From assembly GCA_009914755.4 (NCBI GenBank), contig CP068257.2:36064001-36128000 (forward strand): a stretch of DNA of 64,000 nt. Direction: 5' to 3'. The position numbers and the translations under genes are program-made. The notes beneath the pieces were generated by a model. It ran no database searches and was not told where the DNA came from. It saw only the letters and a program-made list of their open reading frames with translations. This DNA comes from the human T2T-CHM13v2.0 reference genome, Homo sapiens. Positions 28,946-43,272 of the stretch are shown here, in pieces; position 1 is the first letter of the stretch, and each line of letters starts with the position of its first letter.

Positions 28946-31605
28946 AAATTTTATGATCTGTGGTGTGATTTATGTGACTAAAATTCTCTGCCTGGGAATA
29001 ACTATACTAGTGACAGAACTGAGCTTTTCTGTGGTGAAGGATGGGTGATGGGTTGCCTTCACCTATTTCCAGTGAACACTGGCTGTCCTCCTTGTTAACT
29101 CCCAGATGGCAACTTCCGATTAATTGGCCTTGCCTCCTTGTCTATAAAGTGTTCTCTGGTGTGTTTCATCCTCCACTCTCCCCAGTGTTCTATGCAGTAT
29201 TTAAATCTTTCAGAAGTTATCTTCTTTAAGAAAAACTTATTGGAAAAAAAAACAGATGGAAGAAGAAGTCATAGATTAAGAGGCTTACAAGATATCTCAA
29301 CCAATCACCATGTGTTAACCTTATTTGTATCCTGATTCAAACAAGCTGATTGTAAATACAAAAAACTGTGACATGTAAGAGACGATTGGAAGTTTGAACA
29401 CTTGGTAGATGTTGGATCTTAATTTATTGGTCATTATTTTAGGTGTCATAATGGTATGATAGGTATGTTTTTAAAAGAATCCTTATCTTTTAGGGGCACA
29501 TACCGAAATATTTGCAGATGAGGATGATGTGATTCTGGTGGGCAGCCAATGAGTGGGGATACAGAGGAAGCAAGTTTGACCCTGAATTGATAATCACTGG
29601 AGCAGAATGACGGGGACACAGAGGTTAGTGATACTACTGGGTCTGTTTTTGTGTAAGTCTGATAGGTTCCATCAAAAGAAGTGTAAAATAACCAAAAGGC
29701 TTAACGGGGACTCATCCTTGCCAGCACATTTGCCGAGGAGTGGGCAAGTGCTGCCTGTCGCAGTTGTATAATCGCTGGGGGTAAATGTGGAAGTTCGTCA
29801 ATCAGCAAGGCCGTAGTGGGGGCTGACTGGCAGCAAGCCCAGCGCTGCGTGGCTGTCATCTTGCCTCGAGGCCCATTTGCCCTCTATAAATAACAGTCTA
29901 TATGAATGCTTTACTATTTTAACACACATGGGCCACAGCTGCTGAGCACGTTTGTTTACGTAGCTATGAAACCTTCTGTAAACACCACTATCTCAAAATC
30001 GCCCATGTGTCAGGAACATAAACGGCCCCCTTTAAAAATATATCTGCAGATGAGACACAGCCAACTCCTAGATGTCTGAGTGGCTGGTGTCAGAATTTTC
30101 CAGGGTTTGATTCATTTTCAAAAATAGAACCACATGACTGGAAGGTTCTTGAAAGGTCGCCTGGCATGTCCCTCCTGACTTCAGGCGGGACCAGGCCAAA
30201 GCCATTCACAAAGGACTCGGGGCTGTTCTGCGTGGGCATGGGTCTGTCTTTTGTGCAGTCCCTTCAAGGCCATGAAAGGGGGGCTCGCTTCCAGCCTTCA
30301 AGGAGCCCACTTTCGTTTTCTAAAAATGGAACCTGACCCTGCAATGCGGCTGGCATTGGAAGGCAGTGCATCCACAGAGCACCACTCGCCTGCACCGGGC
30401 CTGAGCTCCCAGCAGACGGAAGGACCCAGGTGGCCTCCTGTGGGACAACTCCGGTCTCCGGAAAACACCACGCTGGGATCATCCTGTGCCCAGGATGCCT
30501 GCTTCCTAACAGGGAAGAGGGCACCGCGTGAAGGTGGCCATGTGGGCCTTCCCTCCTCCCTGGAAGAGGCCTGCTCGTGGAGACCACTGAGCACAGCAGG
30601 TTAAGGTCAACTGCGACATTGTTGAAAGAAGTGATGAGCGCAGGGGAAGCTGTTTTGTGTCAGCTTGCTATTATCACGGCTCCTGATTTCCAGTCCAGCA
30701 CTACAATGAATAATTAGATCCCTGTGAATTTGTTTTCCTCGAGTGTGCATTTGGTCCACATTTTTTTTTCCTGTGGTTTTGAGAGATTGAAGCATTTTTC
30801 TCCCCTAAGGGCCTGTTTAATGCCCATAAATCCTAATTGAGCTTTTCATTCACAAAGAAACAGTATCCTGCTGAAGCGTAAGAGAGCAGCTGTGCTGGGG
30901 GTACTGAGTTGTATGATTCCCCTGAGGAAAAGACCAAGACACTTCCAGTTTCCAGACACCTCCAGAACTTTCTAGAACCCCCCCCCCAAGTCTAGAAATT
31001 AGAAGACTATTTTTTAAAAGAAAATGAGTAGCAGTTGCCTTTTCCCAGGGATGGGGTGAGCGTTTGGATTGATTTTGCTGGTAATTACTCAGATTTCTCT
31101 ATGAAAGCTGTAGAAAGGCCATAGGGTGCTCAGAGGCAAGTATCACTGTTAATTACCAAGAAAACCATATTCCTCCCTTTGGAAAGGCTCACTCATTACC
31201 AGCTGTCATCAGAAAGCCAGGGCCTGCCCCAGGGAGAATTCTGACTCAGGGACATCACAAAGATAATTTGCTTATTCCAGATTCATTTATTTTACAGAGA
31301 TTGGGCTCTGGTTTGAGGGAACACAAAGCTTAACTCCCACAATTTAAAGCTCAGACTAGCATCAGTCACCAGAGGGTACGTCTCCAGTGGTTTTTGCTTC
31401 TTGAGCTTGGAGACACTGCCCTCTCTCATGTCCTCTTGGGGGAATTTATGGTGAAAAGGGAAAAGAAAAACTGCATCCTGAGTGGTCAGTTCATAGTGTC
31501 AGAGGCTGTAGCTCTGTGGCCGCTAGGGGGATCCAGAGTCCCTGTGCTCAGCTGAGGTTGGGGAAGTTTCTGGTCTGTAGGAAAGTGACAGCTCCCTGTT
31601 TGAAT

Positions 31606-32140
31606 TATTTCTCTTTCCTCCCTCCTCCCCAGCCTCCCCTCCTCCTCTCTCCCTCCTCCCTTTCTCTTCCCTCCCTCCTCCCCTTCTCCTCCTCTCCTTC
31701 CTCCCTTTCTCTTCCCTCCCTCCTCCTCCCTCCCTCCTCCCCTTCTCCTCCTCTCCTTCCTCCCTTTCTCTTCCCTCCCTCCTCCCCTCCTCCTCTCTCC
31801 CTCCTCTTCCCTCCCTCCTCCCCTTCTCCTCCTCTCCTTCCTCCCTTTCTCTTCCCTCCCTCCTCCTCCCTCCCTCCTCCCCTTCTCCTCCTCTCCTTCC
31901 TCCCTTTCTCTTCCCTCCCTCCTCCCCTCCTCCTCTCTCCCTCCTCTTCCCTCCCTCCTCCCCTTCTCCTCCTCTCCTTCCTCCCTTTCTCTTCCCTCCC
32001 TCCTCCCCTTCTCCTCCTCTCCTTCCTCCCTTTCTCTTCCCTCCTTCCTCCCCTTCTCCTCCTCTCCTTCCTCCCTTTCTCTTCCCTCCTTCCTCCCCTT
32101 CTACTTCTCCCTTCTATCTCCCTTCCTCCTCCCCACCCAA
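31606..32140 (+). repeat. Polypyrimidine (CT-rich) minisatellite, ~535 bp, essentially pure C/T on the plus strand. Has a ~45-bp core unit with 13-bp and 37-bp inserts that give a ~140-bp higher-order repeat.
   Basis: The motif cccttctcctcctctccttcctccctttctcttccctcc recurs at about 31681, 31739, 31821, 31879, 31961, 32006 and 32051. The spacings are 58, 82, 58, 82, 45, 45. This produces the low-complexity ORFs at 31516..32250 (+) and 31605..32177 (-). Confidence 0.9.
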
Positions 32141-33484
32141 CTATTGCCACACAAATGCACCCCCAAATCAGGCTCAAGGTACAGATAGTCCTGTTAACAC
32201 CTGGAGCACTTATGTCTTATTTTGCAACAGTGACTTTTGTTATTCTTTAAAGCTACTTTCCGATTAGGTTCCTGTGCCTTTTGTTCTATGGAAAGGAGAC
32301 CGCTCCTACCATTGAGCTCCATGCAAAGCCCTTTACTCACGTTTTCACTGTTTGCTGCATTTAAAAACCCTATAGCAAAAGTTTCACACCACCACCGTAA
32401 AAGAAATTTGTGAGAGGTTGTGACCTTGCCTGTTGGGTACAGGGAGGTAGAAACATGGGACCCATGGCTTTTCCCTAAAAGGGATCACAGGATTAAGTTA
32501 CTTGTCACAGGTTGATGAAGAACATGGGGCCAGCCTGCTGGTCATGCAATTTCAGACAATATAAACCACCTGAATCTCAAGCTGAAGACTTAAAAGCGTA
32601 AAAGGGCTGATGGTATCAGGAAAAAGGACCCCAAAGACACTATTACTACCTCAAAGAACAATAAAGACCTTAATGAATTAGGGTTCTGGTTTATACTTTC
32701 CCCGTGAGGCACTATGGTTATCTTGAGTCCTAGCTGATGGCTCTGTTTTGGGGGATGTTACATACAAACATGGGCAGAACCTGCTTTGCTGTTGGGATGT
32801 GTAACGTGCAAATTTCAGACATGAGCGAAGACGTCAGTAAAAACAGACCATTTTCTCTATTTCCTGAACAGATCATCTTCCCTAAAACATCCCAATGATT
32901 AGCCATTAACAGCAGGAGGGCCGGTGGGATTAAGATGAATGGATCTTCAACTTTTTTCTTTTCTGCTAGAGTTATTTACTGTGTCTGCAGCTTTATACTT
33001 ACTGGGAGCTCAGCAGGTTGAATGTGGAGAGATACTAGGCACTCACTTCATACAAAAGAAAAACCAATGCTGTAGGCCTTATAAATGACTCTCAAAGAAT
33101 GGGTGAAATTGCATTTTTATTAAAGCAGTTTGTCAGGCTTCCTTTGAAAGGCTTAACTTCCTCCTTCTAACTTGGTAACAAATAACCTCAAGTATTTAAA
33201 TTAGCAATGTTTTAAGGCCATTTAAAACATGCTTTAGAGACAGATCAGAGTTTAATTTAGGTAAATATTTGGAGACTTAAAATATATTACATGGTGATTT
33301 TTCATTGTTCATTAATTTATTTTCCAAAGGGCTTTAAAAAACTAAATGGTTAGGCTTCTTGGTGGATATACTTCAGGTGAGACATGTAGGCATACTATGT
33401 CATGAAGCAAGGGGATGTTGTCAATATTGAGTGAGGTTCAGTATTCTAGATCTTGTAATAGATAAGAACATCAGGTCCAGTTTA

Positions 33485-34615
<1,131 letters not shown>

Positions 34616-34899
34616 CTAGTTGACTTGGACTTCTGTGCTCTTCGATCTAGTTTGTGTAAGTACTTCACCATCCTGCCCACCAGGACGGAGCTTATTGCTG
34701 CAAAATTGTGTCCCTGCCAGCAGGTTCTACTGAGTCAGCTCTCACAGAGGGATGCCTCCCAACTCTGAGATGCTGTGGCATGGGAGAGGCAGTAAGCTCT
34801 GATGAAGGAGTCCTCTTTAGATTCAGACAGGCTTAGCTCTACTACTTAGCAACTCTTAGTGGGCTCTTGGCCATGATATCTGTTATGGACTGTATTGTG

Positions 34900-35260
34900 T
34901 CCTCACCAAATCCATATGGGGCTTGAGCCCCAACCCCTAAGGTGACAGTATTGGGAGATAAGGCCTTTAAGGAGATAGTTAAAGGTTATATGAGGCCATA
35001 GGGTTGGGGCTCCAATCTAATAGGACTGGTATCCTTATGCGAAGAGGGAGAGACACCAGGGGTGCACACAAACAGAGGAAAAGCCATATGAGACACAGGG
35101 AGAAGGTGGCCATCTGCAAACCAAGGAGAGAGGGCTCCCAGAAACTAACCCTGCCAACACCTTGATCTTGAACTCCAGCCTCCAGAACGATGAGAAAATA
35201 AATGTCCATTGTTTAAGCCACCCATTCTGTGATATTTTATTATGGCAGCCTGAACTGACT
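34900..35260 (+). mobile_element. 3' half of an ancient MaLR/MER-like repeat
   Basis: Sequence ...ccaacccctaaggtgacagtattgggagataaggcctttaaggag...cttgatcttgaactccagcctccagaacgatgagaaaataaatgtccattgtttaagccacccattctgtgatattttattatggcagcctgaactgac. Confidence 0.55.
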
Positions 35261-35271
35261 TACAACACACT

Positions 35272-35430
35272 ATCCAAATTCGTGAGCCTCAGTTTCCTCA
35301 TTTACAAAATTGATCATGATACCCAACTCACAGTGTTGTTATAAGGTTAAACAAAACCATGTATGTGATCTGTGCCTGCATGTAACAGACTTGCAATCAA
35401 TATTTTTTTGTAATAAATTGTTCCCTTGTC
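35272..35430 (+). mobile_element. MIR fragment
   Basis: Sequence gcctcagtttcctcatttacaaaat...acccaactcacagtgttgttataaggttaaac...tgcctgcatgtaacagac...caatcaata. Confidence 0.5.
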
Positions 35431-35697
35431 ACTTTCCTTATGTTTAGGGCAAGAGTCTTGAACAAGCTCTTTGAACTATTGGCCAAATTTCAGGGTTTAA
35501 AAAACATTTCTGGTTTTTGTCGGTAAGTATGCATGCATTGTACTTTAATGGTTGATTCAATGCCAAGGTAAGTAAAAAAGGGTGGGGAAATGTTCTCTCT
35601 GTCTGTGTGCTTACATATTTGATTTGGTTTCTGCCTCCTCAACATTCAACATCTGTAATTTTAGCTTGTGGTTATTTTTTTTCTTTTAAAAAAGTTT

Positions 35698-35998
<301 letters not shown>

Positions 35999-36644
35999 TA
36001 GTTATGTTGTTTCTTATGGCTTTCATGATTAATGCACTGGTTCACTCATTAGTTAATAATGCATTAGGAAAGCTCTCCTAAAACTTGAGTGCAGGGGAAT
36101 TTTGGAACCGATTTCTGCTGTTTAAAAGCATATAATCCACTTATGAAATTATTTATTTGGCCAATAATACTAAAGTCTTCTACAAGTTTGGTAAGAAATT
36201 TCTTCCTCCAGACTTAAATTCTGTGTCGTTTGACTCTGCCATGTGTTTCCTTTATGGACACTCTGTTTTTAATCTTGGTTAAAGGACAAATGTCATCTCT
36301 CCACAAACCATCATTTATCTGAATAAGAACATAGCCGGAGATGGGATTTGAGTGCCCCCAACCTAACTTATGAGTTAACCTTGCTCATGGATGATCAGTT
36401 GCCTTAAAAATCAATCTCCTGGATCTGTTTTTGTGTTTCAGCCTCAGGAAGAGACAGCATCTGTTCTGCAGAGCCTACTCTCTAGTCTGACAGCTTTGAC
36501 TTTTAGATGATCTCCCTCAGTAGTCCTTCATTGAAAATAAGAAAAGTCATTCATTTGTAAGAAAATTTGCTTTTTTCCCTTTCTTAGAACAAATACCAGG
36601 ATAGGTGTTGATGGGGGGCTGTTGAGGTTGGGAGGGCTGGAGGT

Positions 36645-36842
36645 GGGGTGGGTGTATGGATGGAGGCAGAGGCCATGTCCTTCTCACTGGAGTTAGGGTG
36701 GGTGTGTGGAGGGAGGCAGGGGCCATGTCCTGCTCACTGGAGATGGGGTGGGTGTATGGATGGAGGCAAAGGCCATGTCCTTCTCACTGGAGGTGGGTTG
36801 GGATGTGTGGAGGGAGGCAGAGGCCATGGCTTTCTCACTGCC
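36645..36842 (+). repeat. Minisatellite with a ~50-bp unit, 4 tandem copies
   Basis: Unit ggggtgggtgtatggatggaggcagaggccatgtccttctcactggagtta repeats with small variations. This creates the three overlapping plus-strand ORFs at 36648..36909. Confidence 0.85.
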
Positions 36843-37888
36843 GCTACCCCCTACATGGCAGGGTGTTCTTGTCCTTGAATGGTCAACAACTCTGAGCTCT
36901 CACTGCTAATTTTGTGCTGAGTGGAAGTCTCTAAATATGACTTTATATGGAACGGTGTCTGGGCTCAAACTGTGCCTGGCTGGGGAGACCTTGTCTGCAG
37001 AGCCCTGCGAAGGGTCCAGCAGGCCTGGTGTATATCCCGTCTTGACCGCTGGGAGGCTGCCCAGCTGTGCAAAGCCACCCTAAGCTCTTGTCTTTCTGAG
37101 TCCTTAAGTGGGAGAAGAGGGTTTGTCAAATTAGCTGATTCTCAAGTCTTCAGTGATATATCATACTTAAAAAATGTTACAAAGGAAATTTATTCCTGCC
37201 TCCCCTCCATCTCCAATTTGTAGGCTTTATCCCTTTTCTGACTAAACTGCAAACCCCCAGCTCCAGGCAATTGTCCTGACCTGGAAGAACCTGTTTTGAA
37301 AGGTTAATGAATGAGTAGCGATCAGTGCTCTGGAAAGTCTGGGGGGATATCTGTTACTCCCCTAAAATCCAGTTCCTCCCAGGGCTGGACCACATTTCTC
37401 ATCCTCTTTGCATTGAGGGTTGGCCATGGTGATTGAGTCTTGGCCCATCTGGAGTTGAGTGTGTCTTCCTGGGCCATTGTCCTAAACAGTGGATGTGTCC
37501 CCTCCTTATGCCTTTGCCCCTTCTGTGGGGGACAATGAAGTCAAGAGGTGAAGGAGCCTGGATCCTGAGTCATGGGTGGAGAGCTGCTATCTATCTGTCT
37601 AGAAACCAGAAAAGCAATGATTGTGTTTGACCCATTATATATTTTGTGTCTGTTTTCAAATTGAGCCTTATCTCTAATGTTGTGGGAAGAAATATATGAC
37701 ACCTATAAGCAGATAGAAGAGTGGTCAGGGGGAATGGTTGTGGGAAAGAGCAAAGACAGAGAAAAGAAAGCCGAAGATGAATGTCTGGGTTTAGTGTTTG
37801 TAATGAATTAGTCTGGGGTTAATTAAATGCTTGTGTTTGTTATTAGGGGAAGAAATGTAATGCAATGCTACTTCATTGCCTTTAAAAA

Positions 37889-38160
37889 CCAACAAAAAGT
37901 AAACACTGCATATTCTCATAGGTGGGAATTGAACAATGAGAACACTTGGATGCAGGGCGGGGAACATCACACACCGGTGCCTGTTAGGGGGTGGGGGATT
38001 GGGGGAGGGATAGTATTAGGAGAAATACCTAATGTAAATGACAAGTTGATGGGTGCAGCACACCAACATGGCACATGTATACCTATGTAACAAACCTGCA
38101 CTTTGTGCACAGGTACCCTAGAACTTAAAGTATAATAATAATAAAAAAATACAATAACAA
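37889..38160 (+). mobile_element. 5'-truncated L1 (L1PA-like) 3' end with a G-rich 3'-UTR tract and an A-rich tail
   Basis: Sequence ...catattctcataggtgggaattgaacaatgagaacacttggatgcagg...gttgatgggtgcagcacaccaacatggcacatgtatacctatgtaacaaacctgcactttgtgcacaggtaccctagaacttaaagtataataataataaaaaaa. Confidence 0.8.
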
Positions 38161-39939
38161 TGGGAAACAAAAAAACAACAAAAATTTCAAAACAAACAGA
38201 AAAAGCCAAACCTCCCTGGTAGTGTGTTTGGAAGGTGGCTCCGGTGGGTCCCTCCCAGGTGAGGCCGTGGGTGCAGGCCAGGTGCATCCATGGGGAGATG
38301 GGGAGGGAAGGCTGGGCCTTGCATCATGGCAGCTGGTGGGATGAACAGGCATGGAGTTGAGAGAAATAAAAAAAGCCAAGGAAATGTGAGAGTTCTGGGA
38401 GAGAAGAGATGAAGGAGGAGCCCCGAGGGGCCAGGAGGAGGAGAGGGTGTGGGGTATGGGGTGGGTGAGAGCAAAAGAGGGGCCAGAGCCTCAGGGCTGT
38501 GTCCAGAGTCATCACAGGGAATGGGGCTAGGGAGAGAGGGCGAGTCCAGGTCTGAGCAGGGAGCGGCGGCTCAGCACTCACTGGCATGCATGCAGATGTT
38601 GCAGGGTAAATATAGAAGGAAATGGTGATCACATTTTGTGACGTTTCTTTCTTTCTCGGAATCCCAGGTGTGAATTTGAGCGGGGGATCTGAATCGCATC
38701 TCCAGGAGCATTTTGAGCTGCTCCGTAGGGCAAGTTGCAGCTGTGGTTGGGAGAGCAGACATTTCTCCCATGTTACTGCACAGCTGATGACACAGGCAAC
38801 TTCTTACCACCAAGGATAATGTAGAGGGGGTACACCCTCTGTTAACCATGAAATGCTGCACAAATGTGCAAAGGGACCCAAAGAATGGCGCTGAGAACTT
38901 TGATGATTTACTTGACTTTGAGAGTAGCTTTTCAGGATTTTGGCTCAGAGTAAATGTGGGCCTGTGTGAAGGTCAGTTTTTCTCCTCCTCTCTTTTGTTT
39001 CTTTCTCCTTCTCTTTTAGAAAAATTATCAATTTACATGGAACTAGCTAAGGTACAAAATAGCCTCATGTTGAAATTTAATCTGAAAGAAATAATAATAA
39101 ATGACAGAGCCACAGCTGGGCGGAGCCTTGTCCTCGAATCAGTGGGATTGTGTTGTTGCATTTCAGGTACAGCTCTTGTTGCAGGGAAGCCTCCCCTGGT
39201 GGCCCTGGTCTGTAGTAGATGTTTCTTACATTTCAAGTTGTATATGAATTTTGCAGGTGAAACTTCCAGTATCCAAGAAAACATACAAAAAGTACTTTGA
39301 GACTTTTTAATGTCGTGGGGAAAACCTAGTTGAGAAAAACAGGATAGATCTCTAATGTACCTGCAAAGTCAAAGATTGGAAGGAAATACACCAGATGTGA
39401 ATGTTAATAGGGCAATTTTGGGTGGGGGGGTTCATGAGTACTTTTAATTTTCTTGTTAAACAAACATTTTTGAAATTTTCTAGAATACATTTATATTACT
39501 TTTATAATTAAAAAAACAAATTGCCAAACAACACATCGAGACACTCTAGATACCTGATTTAAGAAATGTATCACACAAAGAGCTAAATAATGATAAAGCA
39601 CTTGATCTGAAGGTATCCCATCCCATACAGCTGACAATTTAGAAACTGAGACATTTGCTTGACCTGAATCCAAGAAAATCGTAACTAAACCCTACAGGGT
39701 CCTTATTGGGGGTATGAATTAGAAGGAAAAATGAGAATGTATGCAAGTTTGAGGCAACTTGAGGAGTGAAACCTATAGGACAAGTCGAGTCAGCTATCCC
39801 TGTAACTGTCCAGGGGACCTTGAAGGAGGAGGGTGTCCAGGAGGCCTGGGGGCTGGGGGCGCTGTCACAGTGAGCTAAGGAGAACGGGACAGATGTCATC
39901 TTTCTCTTGGGTTTAACCAAGTGTCAGTTGTTTGGGCAG

Positions 39940-40975
<1,036 letters not shown>

Positions 40976-41214
40976 AAACCAGACACAAAAGGACAAACAT
41001 ATGGAAGGAAATTCTGATACAGGCTACAACATGGCCTCATTGGAAATAGATTTCCGCCGGTTGGAAGTAAGTTAAAACACTGTGGAAACAGAGATCAGAG
41101 AAAGAGGCACTGGGGAGGGTATCGGCAACATTACATTTCAATTTGTCTTGGGTGTAGAGCAGGATGGGTTAGCCCAAGGTAATGGTGAGTATGTGCTTGC
41201 TTCCTGATGGACAA

Positions 41215-43272
41215 AGACTGGGATGGTGGGGCATCTGAAAAGCAAGCACAGGAAGTCCTAGCCAGAGCAATCAGGCAAGGGAAAGAAATAAAATACATCC
41301 AAATAGGAAGAGAAGAAGTAAAATGATCTCTCTTTGCTGATAATATGATTCTATACCTAAAAAATACTAAAGACTCTGCCAAAAGGCTCCTGGAACTGAT
41401 AAACAACTTCGGTAGAGTTTCAGGATGCAAAAATCAATGTACAAAAAATCAGTGTCATTTCTATACACTAATAATGTTCAAGCTGAGAGCTGAATCAAGA
41501 ATAAAATCCCACTTATCATAGCCACACAAAAATAAAACACCTAGGAATATATCTAACCAAGGAGGTGAATGATCTCTACAAGAACTACAAAACACTGTGG
41601 AAAGAAATCAGAGATGACACAAATGGAAAAACATCCCATGCTCATGGACTGGAAGAATCAATATCATTAAAACAGCCATATTGCCCAAAGCAATCTACAG
41701 ATTCAATGCTATTCCTATGAAACTACCAATGTCATTTTTCACAGATTTATAAAAACTGTTCTAAAATTCATATGGAACCAAAAAACCTGAATAGCTAAAG
41801 CAATCGTAGGCAAAAAGTACAAAGCCAGAAGCATCACATTATCTGACTTCAAACTACACTATAAGGCTACAGTAACCAAAACAGCACGGTACTGGTACAA
41901 AAACAGACACATAGACCAATGCAACAGAACAGAGAACTCAGCAATAAAGCCACATACCTATAGCCATCTGATCTTTGACAAGGTTGACAAAAATAAGCAG
42001 TGGGGAAAGGACTTTCTATTTAATAATGGTACTGGGATAGCTGGCTAGCCATGTGCAGAAGAATGAAATTCAATCCCTACCTTTCACCATATACAAAGAT
42101 TAACTCAATATAGATTAAAAGTTTAAATGTAAGACCTCAAACTATAAGAATCCTAGGAGGAAACCTAGGAAACACCATTCTGGACATCAGCCTTCGGAAA
42201 GAATATATGACTACGTCCCTTGAAAACAATTGCAACAAGTCAAAAGTTGATACGCAGGCCCTAATTAAACTAAAGAGCCTCTGTACAGCAAAACAAACTA
42301 TCAACAGGGTAAACAGACAACCAAGGTAATGGGAGATAATATTGGCAAACTGCATCTGACTAAGGTGTAATATCCAAAATCTAAAAGGAATTTAATTTAA
42401 CAAGGAAAAAACAACCCCATTAACAAGTGGGCAACAGACATAAACAGACTTCTCAAAAGAAGACATACAAGTGGTCAACAAACATATGAAAAAATGTTTA
42501 ACATCTCCGATCATCAGAGAAATGCAAATGAAAGCCGCAGTGAGATACCTTCTCACACCAGTCAGAATGGCTATTATTAAAAAGTCAAAAAACAACAGAT
42601 GCTTGTGAGGCTGTGGAGAAAAGGGAAACTTATATACTGTTGGTGGAAATATAAATTAGTTTAGCCACGGTGGAAAGCAATTTGGAGATTTCTCAAAGAA
42701 CTCAGAGCTGCCATTCAACCCAGCAATCCCACTACTGAATATATTCCCAAAGGAAAATAAATTCTTCTACCAAGAAGATACATGCATTTGTATGTTCATC
42801 GCAGCATTATTCACAAAGAGTAAAGACATGGAATCAACCTAGGTGCCCATCATTGGTGGACTGGTTAAAGAAAATGTGGTACAATACACCATGGAATACT
42901 ACACAGCCATGAAAAGAATGAAATCACATCCTTTGCAGCATAGTAGGTGGAGGTCATTATCCCAAGTGAATTAACGCAGGAACAGAAAACCAAATACTGT
43001 ATGTTCTCACTTATGAGTAGGAGCTAAACACTGAGGATTAATGGATGTAAAGATAGCATTGGGAAACACTGGGGACTACTAGAGGGGAGAAGGAGGGACG
43101 GGCTCAAGGGTTGAAAACCTATTGGTACTACGTTCACTAAATGTGTGACAGAATGTTGTACTCCAAACCTCAGCATCAAGCAATATGCCCATGTAACAAT
43201 CCTGCACACGTACTCCTTGAATCTAAAATACAAATTGACTGATAGAAAACAAATAAAAAAAAAAAAGAAAAG
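41215..43272 (+). mobile_element. L1 (L1PA/L1PB-like) 3' ~2 kb: degenerate ORF2 reverse-transcriptase C-terminal region plus 3' UTR and poly-A
   Basis: Collinear with the L1 consensus: ...atccaaataggaagagaagaagtaaaatgatctctctttgctgataatatgattctatacc...caatgtacaaaaaatcagtgtcatttctatacac...ctacactataaggctacagtaaccaaaacagcacggtactggtacaaaaacagacacatagaccaatgcaacagaacagag...agagaaatgcaaatgaaagccgcagtgagatacc...tgtaacaatcctgcacacgtactccttgaatctaaaatacaaattg...aaaaaaaaaaaagaaaag. Confidence 0.85.

Noticed and set aside
29884-29891. TATAAATA as a standalone promoter call
   Set aside because: A single TATA consensus in AT-rich intronic DNA is expected by chance. I kept it only as part of the CpG-enriched-segment finding, not as a promoter feature.
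31516-32250. 244-aa plus-strand ORF (P/S/L-rich) and 190-aa minus-strand ORF (G/R/E-rich)
   Set aside because: Both derive from the CT-rich minisatellite. A polypyrimidine tract has no stops in several frames. No start context and no homology. Not coding.
38170-38640. GA-rich/G-rich ~450-bp stretch with minus-strand ORFs of 84-102 aa
   Set aside because: Purine-rich low-complexity sequence adjacent to an L1 tail. The ORFs are P/S/L-rich artefacts of the complementary pyrimidine strand. No coding evidence.
41300-43060. Reverse-transcriptase-like coding potential
   Set aside because: It is the degenerate ORF2 C-terminal region of a 5'-truncated L1, broken by many stops and frameshifts. It is part of the mobile-element annotation, not a host gene.
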